A stretch of DNA of 64,000 nucleotides, from the NCBI GenBank assembly GCA_028023455.1, contig JAQFVV010000006.1:18476001-18540000 (forward strand), read 5' to 3'. Below the pieces are notes generated by a model. The model saw nothing but the letters and a program-made list of their open reading frames with translations, was not told the DNA's origin and did no database searches. Position 1 is the first letter of the stretch. Each line of letters starts with the position of its first letter. A program made the translations under genes and the position numbers. This DNA is from Epiperipatus broadwayi (lineage: Eukaryota > Animalia > Onychophora). Below, piece after piece: positions 50,101 through 61,149 of this stretch.

Positions 50101-53100
50101 TTGTTGGAATCTTTACAGATTTCTTTATGGATATCTTGTTAATAGTTTAACTAAGTCTAGATGGTAAATAAGAAATAGGAATAGCATTTACTATCTGGCT
50201 GCATAAACTTGATAAATTTAACATTATGAAGACAAAATATGTTTTACATTTTATCGTCATCAATTTTTATCACAAGAACAATAGAAAAAAGAAATTGGAT
50301 TTTTGTTTTCAAGAGAAAGCTATCAAATAAACATATACACATGTGTCCACACTAACTTTAACTAAGTTTACTACACCATATGTAACCGTGTCTCTATCTC
50401 TCAATTTATTACTCTACTTATAGTTATTTTTAAAACTTTTTATTTTTTAACTGAGAGAAATTTTTAACTGTTATTTTTCAAAAGTTTAAATTTGATTGTG
50501 ATCTATATCCCTTTTTAAAAATTAAAAAAAAGAGCCAGGGTAATAATTTTAGATAGGAAAATAATAATCTCGCTAGTGGCATGCACACATTTAAATTCAA
50601 TTTTAAGTATAAATTCGTCCATGTCACAGAATTCCAAACTTGCTTTCTATTGTAGCGCTGGGATGATGACTATTTCTAATGAAAGAAGTTTATTTTGCAT
50701 CATTTGATGTAACCGCAGAATACTGGATCCTTCTGGAGCTAAAAATCCATAGATCTCAGATCAGTTCTGTCCCTTCCAGTGCTTGATGTCACATGGCCTT
50801 ATCCAATGACAGATCAATCTATTTGCCATTTTAATATTTATATTTGGTACAAAGAAGTTAAATTTTGATATGATAATTAAATTTTAGTTACAAAAAACTT
50901 AAGAGAAATAAAATTAGGACTTATTGATGTTTAATTTTAATATCATTTTTATTTCACAGTAAAGTTTTTTATAATATTTTTTATATTGTTTTTTGAAATG
51001 AAGAAACAAAACATTTACTTATACTCAAATATTTGATTTCTTTTTAAACTATATAATTATTCTTTTAAAAAATGTCTTAACTGTATAATGTGAGATTAAA
51101 TAAGAGTTATTTTTTATATTAATTCTATCATTGGTATTCACCTTAATTATTACTTTTTGTCTACACTAAAATATGTGATTGATGACATAATCACTTAAAT
51201 ATAACTCGTATGCCTTGACTTTAGCTATTGTCATTTATAAAGTAATAATTTTATATCCTCTTAATATATAAATTTAGAAACAGTCATTTATTTTCTTCCC
51301 TGAAGCAACATGTGTACTAAACTAAATGTCGTTATTTAATATTTGTTGCCTCTCCCCATTTAATTTAATCAATAGTCTACTAATAATTACGTCATTATTA
51401 AATAGAGATACATCTTGGCTATTTACAAGAAAAAAAAATACATTAGTTAATGTTTTATTAAATAATAAAAATAATAATTTAATTAAGATAATTGAGAAAA
51501 TCCTTTTCTTCAAAAATCGTTTTACTTTTAAAACAAATTTAATTATAATTATGTTGGACTATTTTCATCATCTAGTTAATTGTTAAATGTTTTTAAAAAA
51601 ATGAAATTTTTTTACACTGTACCAAATACATTCAACTGTTATCAGCATGGAAATTGAACACCTACTATCCTCTAGATTGTAAAATAACTAAATTTTAAAT
51701 GCTCTAAGGTCCTTCTGTCAAAGCAGCAGTCAGTAGAAATTTTATACACTTTATCTATGACAATCCTTCTTGGTTGCTCCATTTTTTTTAATGATATTTT
51801 CAGTCACATAAGTTCACATATGGAATTATTTGCCATTGTCATGGGAATCAACTTTAATTTTTTTTTTACTATTTTCTTTCTGCCCAATATTCTTGTATTT
51901 TCCCAAACAAACATTTAGAGACATAATTCCCTCCTCTCTAATCATTATTTTGTTCTTTTAGTTGTTTTTCAGTGGGGCAGCTACTGTCACAATGAAAGTT
52001 GATTAAAAGAACATTGAGTAAAGATTAGAAGAAAAAAAAGATGTGGCTAAAATAATAAATCATGCATTTGCCATTAAACATATATTCAGTTGGGAAAATA
52101 GAAAAATATTAGTTAGGAAAGAAAAATAAGAAGAGACTATAAAGAAACTGCTCACATAATAGTGGCAAAAAGGGTGGAAAGGTATAGGGTGTGGAAAACT
52201 TACCCTTAAAAAGAAAAAAAAGTGCAGAAATGAAGAATACTTTTGTAGATATGTATATAAAATTTCTCTGTACCATTGCTCTTGAAAGAATGGCCTTGTT
52301 GGTTAGAACATTCCAGAATCTAAAGATCCATGGATTCAAATCTGAAGCTAATACTCTCACTATTGATTAGATCAACAACTTAAAAAAGAAAGAAGAAGAA
52401 TACCACTGAAACACAATATATTACTTATTAATCTGTGTGTTTTACTAATGGATGAATGTATTTGGAAAAGTTTAAAGTTGAAATTTGCTAAAAAAATTAA
52501 CAAAATTATATGGCAGAAATAGACCAACATGTAAATTTAAGTAAAATAACTTCATCACTAACATTCAGGGAAACATAAACTTATATTTTGTATTTATGTT
52601 TTAGTTTTTATGTGATTAGATTTCTTTTAATTTAATTTGTTTAAAAGAAAATAATAGATACTTAAGTTTATATAACTTTTATTTAGCAAGTGAATTTTTT
52701 TTTAGATGACTGTGTCTTTACCAATATTATAACTAGTAGATAAATTTTCTACTACATTTGTTAGATCCGTGAATTCTGCCATTGTATGTAATTCACGATT
52801 TATGTGTATCTACAATTACATAAGGGTGAGGCCTTTAAATTTCACTTTATACAAACGTAATTGGAAGAACCTTATTAGAATTTCCTTGATAGCAATTAAC
52901 AAGCAGGAAGATTTCATTACCAAATATTCTTTTTCCAGGGAGAGAGAATTGGTGACATTTGGGATGGGTTTATCTTAGTATCATGATGCATAGATCCAAT
53001 CTTCACAAACAGAACATCTTCCTTCAGTGAATGCAAAGTTCCTAGAACAACTTTGGATCAGACAAATAGACTCATTGAATTTAAGCATATCAATATTTGG

Positions 53101-53701
53101 GTCCAGATACATATTATGTATAATATAGTAAAACATTACATAGTTTTTTCTTTTAAAGCTTTTGGTAAGATTAATAATTTTAAAATGGAAAGTAAGTGGG
53201 TGTTCGGTAGTTTAGATATTGAAAATATGTATCAGTCTGTTAATAGATTAAGCAGTATTGATGTTCTTATGTCTATGTTGGTTAAGAATGGATCTTTGTC
53301 AAAATATAAAATTATTAAAGATTTGCTTTTATTATTAGAGAATTCTATATATTTTACTTATAATGGTAATTGTTATAAGATTAAGGAAGGGTGGATAGTA
53401 GGTTATATTATTTCTCCTTTAATTTGTTCAGTTTATATTAATTATTTGGAAGAGGAAATATTTATTAAAAATAATTATTTATATTTCAAATTATTTGTTA
53501 GGTATGTATGTGGATGATTGTTTGTTTGTAGTTAAATATGATAAATTGAAGGAGTTAGTAAATATGCTGAATTGTTTTGATCCTTCTATAAAATATATGG
53601 TAGAAGGACGGGGTTAGATTTTGTTAAATTAAAATTTTTAGATCTATTGGTGATTAGAAATGTAAAGACTAATTGTTTAGTATGTAGTCATTATGTTAAA
53701 A

Positions 53702-54099
53702 CAGGGGTCCCCAACCCTATGCCCGCGGGCACCATGGCGCCCGCAGACCATTTTACATGTGCCCGCCACTATCCGAACACAATAAAAAATTATTTATCTG
53801 ATACAAATAAATTTAATTTTTAAAATTTCTTATAAATTATTGTATTATATTGTAATCAAATTGTAGGGCATACTATACTTTTACAGCGTAAAAATATAAA
53901 CGTTAATTATATGTTAAAATTTTATTTTTGAAATAAATATTTTTTTGTGCATTATGTGTATTATTAACAATATCCAACTATAAATTTACATTGAAAAAAT
54001 AAATGGTGCTCGCCACATGGTTGAAAAAATAAATGGTGCCCACCACCTGGCCGGTATTATAGAATGTGCTCTTAAGTGCAAAAAGGTTGGGGACCCCTG
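53702..54099 (+). mobile_element. hAT MITE, 398 bp (same family as 28250)
   Basis: CAGGGGTCCCCAACC...GGTTGGGGACCCCTG; exact 8-bp TSD TGTTAAAA (53694-53701 and 54100-54107). Confidence 0.95.
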
Positions 54100-54468
54100 T
54101 GTTAAAAGTAAAGAATTAAGGATAATTAAACCTGATAGCTATCAATCTGTATCTCATAAAATAGCTGCTTTAAGAAATTATTGTTATAGGAATAAGAAAT
54201 TAAATAATTCTAGTGAGGTAGCTTTGTTTCAAAAAGGTCAATTTTATAAAGAGTATCTGAGTATGACTACTCTGATAAATTTGTTAAAAGTATTTTATAT
54301 AATAGTAATATTTGTAAGGATGTAAAGGATAAAGAAAAGTATGATTTTATTTATTTGCCATTTAAATTGTCTTATTATAACATTGTATGTAAAAATAGTA
54401 ATTTATTTGGAAATAAGAAATTTTTTTGAAAAAGGGGTATTACATTGAATAATTTATTAAATAATGTA

Positions 54469-54825
54469 TGAGGGTCAGATTGACTTTAGGTCAACATGGG
54501 TATGACAAGAATCTCAGCCTCAGGGTAGCTTTTGAGCCTTCCATCATCAGATTTTCAATTGGATACATGATTGAAGAGTTGGAGTGTGGAGTGGATTGAA
54601 GCCTATCCATTAAAATATGAAGATTGGCTATATTAATATATATCTGAGCACTTATAGCATATATGTGTGGAGATGGTAATCTGGACCAACTGATGATTGC
54701 TGGTTTAGCGTGAAATACTTATATTCTTGATTATTTATCTTTTTGACATATGTGTTCAAGTTTATCAGTGTTGTGAGATTGGAGAGTGGTGGGTCATGTG
54801 AAAGTCTTTGCTCATATACCTTATA
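54469..54825 (+). mobile_element. Retrozyme-like family A, copy A3 (HHR 54676-54734, stem I mutated)
   Basis: TSD TATTAAATAAT(G/A)TA at 54455-54468 and 54826-54839; colinear with A1 and A4. Confidence 0.85.
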
Positions 54826-56092
54826 TATTAAATAATATAAAGGAAATTTTTGATAGGAAGACTATTACTGAAGTAGTATATATTATTCCTTGTTTTTGTA
54901 AGATGGTTTATACAGGTCAGAGTAGTTTGAGTTTAAATGAAAGAATAAAGGTCCATAAGAAAAACATACAGGCCACACTATTAATTTTGAGGAAGCTAAG
55001 GTTGTGTTTTTTTGAGAGAAATTAAATAAAGAGAAGAATTAAAGAATCTTTATTATTAAAAATTTATAATTCTGAAGCAATTAACTTATTTAAAAATTCT
55101 TTTGATTATAAGAGTGGATGGGAAGTAAATGGAATTGTGGGTAATGTTTAATAAAAATATGCTGCTATTTTGTAGTTCTTTACACTTGAGAAATCAGTTT
55201 GCATCTGTAAAACCATTGGTTGTGTTTTAGATTTTACTTTCTTGGCTAGTCTGGTTGAGTTTTGGATTTGGGGTAATTTTGAATATAGTAAAGAGACAGC
55301 CTTTAAATGATTCACAGCAGGATAAGTGATTTTCCTATAGCTTCTTATAGAGAAATAGTGAAGGGATTAGGAGTAATACCTAGACTTGCCAAATACTGAT
55401 TGGTAAGAGATTGAGTAGTTTTTTATTTTAAATTAGCCTAAAATAACTGGATATCTATGTGCTGATTAGTGTGGTATGAACCAATAGTCATATACTTGTT
55501 AAATAATTTTCAGTCTACTCAGCCTGATTTGAATCTAGATTATAGATATGGCTGGCAGACTCACTAGATATAATTGTATATATAGTATTTAATTATTTGA
55601 GTGATATATGAGTTCATATATTTATATATTAAATATTAATATTTTAAAGATTAAACATGACAATATTTAATAATTATTGTATAGAATTAAGCTTATATAT
55701 TTGGTTATATATCTGTTATACATGATTATTCTCTTTTTAAAATATTCTTTATGGCTTTAACTGTCCTGCATGTTTTAGAGCAGTTATTTAGTGGCCGTAG
55801 ATTCTGCTTCTAGCTAAAATTACTTCAGATGCTGAAACATATGAATTTCCAAACCATAAAGCGTATTTTTTTTACTGATTTTGCTATTTACCTGAAGAAC
55901 TATTTTTTGCCCCATAGAATTATGATTAATGATGTATTTATATTAACTTACTACTTTCATTTGACTATTGACCGTTTTTTAATTCGTTTGATGATACTGC
56001 AGATAAAACTGACTATATAGATAGAGAATTTTACTCACACTCCAATTAGTCTTTTGTCAACCGTAATTGCTATTGTTGTATATCTTCATTGT

Positions 56093-56891
56093 AATAACTG
56101 AAACACAGGCTTATTATATACCTGTGTCTATATATGTAATATAGGGTATATGAGCACAGACTTTCAGATGACCCATCACTCTCCACTCACAAAAACCACC
56201 CCAAACAATATATAAAAAAAAAAAATCCCCAAAAAACTTTTAAAACCACAATCATCAGTTGGTCCAGATTTTTTCCCCCCAAAAAATTATTAAAATAAAA
56301 ATATTTAAAAAAAAAAACTTCTTTCTTTTATCCCCCTCCCCCCCCCCAAATTCCCTTAAAAAAAAGGTGGGGGGGAGGGCCCCTCTACCAAAAAAAAAAT
56401 ATAAAAGGAAAAAAAAAAAAACCATCACTCTCCACTCTATCTAATAACACCGATACACTCAAGCAGTTTCAGTTATTACATTGTAGAGATGTCTGCTCAT
56501 CCTTGCATATGTATTAAATGGATTATGTCCTGTACATGTGGGGTTCAGATTGACCTTGGGTCAACATGGGTGTGACAAGAATCTCAGCCTCAGGGTGGCC
56601 TTCGAGCATTCCATCATCAGATTTTCAATTGGATGGACAGTTGAAGAGTTGGAGTGTGTAGTAGATTGGAGCCTGTCCATTAAAGTATGAAAATTGTCTA
56701 TCTTAATATATATCTGAGCACTTATAGTATATATGTGTGGGAGATGATAATCTGGACCAACTGATGATTGCTGGTTTAGCATGAAATACGTGTATTGGTG
56801 ATTATTTATCTTTTCAGCATATATGTGCTTGAGTGTATCGGTATTATTAGATAGAGTGGAGAGTGATGGGTCATCTGAAAGTCTGTGCTCA
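56093..56891. mobile_element. Retrozyme-like family A, copy A4 (inverted minus part plus near-full + monomer; HHR 56747-56805)
   Basis: Exact 14-bp TSD TATATCTTCATTGT at 56079-56092 and 56892-56905. Core ATAATC tgg ACCAA CTGATGA TTGCT ggttt AGCAT GAAA T ACGT G T A TTGGT GATTAT. Confidence 0.88.
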
Positions 56892-57601
56892 TATATCTTC
56901 ATTGTCTAAAACTATTTATAGCTGAGGTGAGTCTTGCTAAAATTAACTTGTGTGTGTGTGTTTAGTTATCATACAAAACCAATGCAATTAACAACTATTT
57001 AATTAATACTCATTTACAGTATGACTAAGTAAATCTTATGTAGTATTTATAATTTTCATAAATAAAATCCCTTTTGAAAAATAAAAATTGATATTGTTTT
57101 TTAAACTTTCAACAGTTGTAAAAAAAAAAAAAAAAATGTTTGAGATTGATTTTTAACTCGTAAAGAATTTTGGGAAAAAAAAGTATTCTTTCTTGTTAAA
57201 ATTTTGTAATTAATTTTTGTATAAAGTTAATTTTTGTCGTAGAAAAAAAAAAAAAATTGTATAAAGTTTTTGTGAGAGAATGGTATAACATAAACATATC
57301 AAATAATCAAGATGGGCATTGAGATCTAGGTATTTAATGCCTCCATCTATATTGATGTTGTTTGTCAAACACATGAACATTGAGAGAGAAATGATCTGAG
57401 TTTTTGAACCAGAAGTGGGTTGGAATATGATGGAGTTTGAAATGAGGGGTGTGATGATAAAATTTGAAAATAGTAAAAGCGTTTTACATTTTTGGAAATA
57501 TAAGACTAGTGATTTTTTGAATTATTTTTCTGTTATAATACTACTTAATTGTTTTTTTTGTTGTTGTTGTTTATTGTTTATTTGTTTTCTATTTATTTCA
57601 G

Positions 57602-57779
57602 AGAAGTTAGTAATTTGTTTTTAACTCTGCGAGGTCCAGGTTCTGGAGCTCTTACGGGTTCTTGTGCTGGGATAGAGTCTAATCATTCTTTAAGAAGGGC
57701 ATCCAGTATTAGGAGGACAAGTGTTTCAACTGCCAATATAAAGAAAAAATCTGTGTGCCTTCAAGTAAAATTTCAAGTG
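57602..57779 (+). CDS. Myo18: Myosin-XVIII exon G; gene continues beyond the window
   Basis: tttcag acceptor, GTG|gtgagt donor. Encodes EVSNLFL...GSCAGIESNHSLRRASSIRR...IKKKSVCLQVKFQV (MYO18A: LRRATSMRK...VKKKSLCIQMKLQV). Confidence 0.93.
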
Positions 57780-58719
57780 GTGAGTTGTTGAAAAAATATG
57801 GTTAATAAAGCAAAGTCCATATAAAATTTTATTAAGCCAGTTTGTCTGCTATTCCCAATAACTCTGTCTTACAAATATAAATTCTTAGTTGATTTATTGT
57901 GTAATATTTAACTCTAAATTAACTGAGAATTAAGATTTTTATTCCAGAAGTAGTCTGTATAATTTACTGGACATGACCTATGTGGCTGAGTACAGTGATA
58001 GAGGGTCACAATCAAGAATTAAAGGTTCATCAATTGCAGTTCAATTCTGACATGTCATGTGATCTTCAGAACAACTAATCACATATGTTGTTAGGGGATC
58101 TTATAGCTTCATCTTTATTAATATTGGCATAATAAATTTTGTAAAGTTAATTTCAGTTTTGTTTTATTGCATTTGATATTATATATAATATTTTCATATT
58201 GTTTTAAACATCTTGCATTTCTTATATGAAAAAAAAGTATTAATGCTACTTTCTCTGCACACTCTTTACAATATGCTATTAAACTCAATTGTTATTCATA
58301 CCTATAAAATACAATTGATATATCTATTTACATGAACATGAATATTTATATTTTTAAGTTTTAAATTTGTTTTTTTTTTTTTAAAAAAAAAAAAAAGATA
58401 TATACATATAAAGCCAATCCTAAAAATCTTCTATAAATAATAGTGTTGTGTGTGTGTATAAATAAATGTATCATGGTAAGATTATTGTATGATTATATAA
58501 CAAATAATGTAATGTAATTGTATTTATAAGTGTGCTAATAATAATAATTGAATTTAATAAAGTGTGAAGATTATGTAGGAGTGGAATTGGTAGAGAGATA
58601 GTTTTTTTTTAATAAATAATATTTCGAATATATTTATAATAGTGATCTAAGTAATTAAAATTAAGCCGTAATAAAGAAATTTAAAAAACAGAATTTATTA
58701 TTATTATCTATCTGCCAAA

Positions 58720-59420
58720 AGAAAATCTCTAAACATCATTCCAACTGTTGTCTCTACATCTTATTGTATTTTGATGCAATTTTCAAATACTCATAAATAG
58801 ATTCATCTGTCAGCTTTTATTCTTTCTTTTTTTATTTGGCTTTCATACTTCCCTCTGCTATATCTTTCTTAATCATTTGACCTCTCTATATATTCCAGTC
58901 TTCTTTTTTTTTTTTATGATTCTAAATGAACAATCTCTCAATTCATTTCAACTTTTACATACATATTTTCAATTTTTTTTTTTAACTTTTCATTTGTCTT
59001 CAAAACCACTCCTCTTAAATCTCCAGTATGAATTCTTTTTATAATTGCATGACTTTTCATATAAAACTACACTGCAAAAAAGTCACTAAATAACTTCTCA
59101 TTCCAATTCACATTTTAATTTTATAAGCAACTCCTTCAGTTTATAATTTCTTACTTATTTATACAATTTAAATACTTTTATCCATTTCACTAATTATTAT
59201 TGAATGTAGTTTCATCCCAAACTTTCTACAAATTCTTACTTAGCATTTTATTGAAATTAATTTCATTGCCCGCCATTACTTTAGGTTCACCAAGAAATCA
59301 GATAGAGCATTTTTCCTTTACCTATTTAATATTTATTCCATATTTTTTATAATTATCTTTTGTATCATACATTCCATTTTTTCTAATACTTTACTTTTTT
59401 TTATTCCACTTATTTTCAGA
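58720..59420 (-). mobile_element. Old LINE RT relic (RTE/L2-like)
   Basis: Purine-rich minus strand with a degenerate ...KFGMKLH... post-YADD segment; no long ORF. Confidence 0.3.
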
Positions 59421-61149
59421 ATAAATAAATATTGTTTTTATAGCCTTTAATTAATCCATTGTATTACAAAGGCCTCCTCAGCCACTCAATGTAGAGAAAT
59501 AATGAAGAAAGCATCGCTCATCAGATTGTGAGGTTTCAGGCAATTTTGCATTCTTGCTTTAAGCTTTAGCTAAGAATAGCTAAATATCTAATTACTGGCT
59601 GAATATTAGATATTTGTCTAGGTTATTTATCTATTGGTTCCTAGGAAAATTTTAAATCTGATTGGAATGTGAATAAGTATTACCTGACCAGATTTGAACT
59701 CAAGTGGCAGAAAGAGGCACTATACAATGAAGCCCTCCTTATCTGGTCATTGACTAGCCTGCTGAATAATGTTTTTTTTTCATTCTCTGTATAGATGTTG
59801 GATATGTTTTTCCTCTGCTATAAACTATTGAAGAGTGATTTTACTTTTTTTTTAAACAAACATTTACATATATGTAATAAATTAAATAATGCATCTGATA
59901 TATTTGCAACCAATCAAATTTTTTCAGATTTGCAGCACAGTTTTTTTTTAAATCTTGAGCTGTTGTCCAGTTTAAAATTTACCAGATCAATCCCTTGCAT
60001 TATATATATATAATAACAAGAGATGTCACATGACTTATATATTGCATTATATATATATATATTTTCTGGAACAACTTTCATTTTTTAGGTGAACTAGGGA
60101 TTCGAAATCTCTTAACAGCATTCTAAAATGATACTTCAACTTTCTATTTGTAGCATCTTGATTATAACCTATTTAATTTGTGATTTTGAATGTGTTTTTA
60201 ACAATAAATCATATATATATAGTGTATAATCTTTCGGTACCTCAGTATTCATAATATATAATTGACAAAGATAATTTATATTCACATTAAACCATTCACT
60301 AAATGGAATATCTATGCAATAAATTGACTAATACCCCTCAAATATATTTGTAATTATTTCAGTTTTTCCAGATTTGTAATGCATTTCTCCAAACCAGTTC
60401 TTAAATCATGAGCTATCATCCAGTGTTAAATTTTCCAGAATATTTTTTCTCACTCTACATTTATTTCATGTAATAATTTTCATTTGTCAGATGCTCTAGA
60501 GGTTTGAAATATTTAAACATTCATAATGAATTTTATATTATTTTAGATAAATGTTTTCATGGATTGTAGGTGTTTATATATATTTTTGGTCATGAAATAG
60601 TTACAAACCATCTTGATAAATAATGTTGATTAATATCGTTATCCTGTTGAGCAGAAGTTTGCCTGCCACGTGTTTTGAAGTTGGAATATTTGATTTTCTA
60701 ACACATCAGTATGGTTATGTTTGATAGTAATTGTCTCTCCAGACCATGTGGATTGAATGCTATACTATTCTGAACATTAGAATGGTAGTGAGCACTGCAA
60801 ATGAAATGATTTTGAAAAGCAGCAGAAAAAAATACAGAACTTTGCCTGTGTAATGGTAGTTGTAACTGTCGAATAATAAATGGAAAGGAAGACGTATAGT
60901 CTCAGAATTGAGCTGATGGCAGCAAGGCATAAATGAGTCAAATTACTAGACTATTTTAGATGAATGTTATGACCTCTGCAAAGTAAATATGGTATTCAAT
61001 GAGTTGTTTGCTGTGTTAGTATGTTCGTACTGAGAAATAATTATACTTCATTTATTACTTGTTAGTAAATAAATATTAATTAACCAAAACCATGTACCTG
61101 TATAAATTATATTTGCTGTCTAATTGGTTCTATTAAAGCCCTCAGAGAT

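Larger units (their letters stand above)
52780..55230 (+). mobile_element. Degenerate near-full Penelope-like element (RT + GIY-YIG) with nested hAT MITE and retrozyme A3; decayed U3-A8 HHR at 55182-55225
   Basis: SLDIENMY; YFTYNGNCYKIKEG...ISPLICSVYINYLEE; RYV(+4-bp dup)DD; VVYIIPCFCKMVYTGQS..LNERIKVHK. HHR relic: ACAC TTGAGAA ATCAG tttgcat CTGT AAAA CC att GG T T GTGT. Confidence 0.88.

Noticed and set aside
56561-56902. 113-aa ORF (and the similar 15023-15244 ORF) as a retrozyme-encoded peptide
   Set aside because: Antisense to the ribozyme, no motif, start codon lies in the TSD, and the frame is not shown to be conserved across copies.
59432-59486. HHR-like CTGAGGA GGCCTTT...AAAGGCT on the minus strand
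   Set aside because: Good stem II, but no GAAA and no stem I partner; at best a heavily decayed relic.
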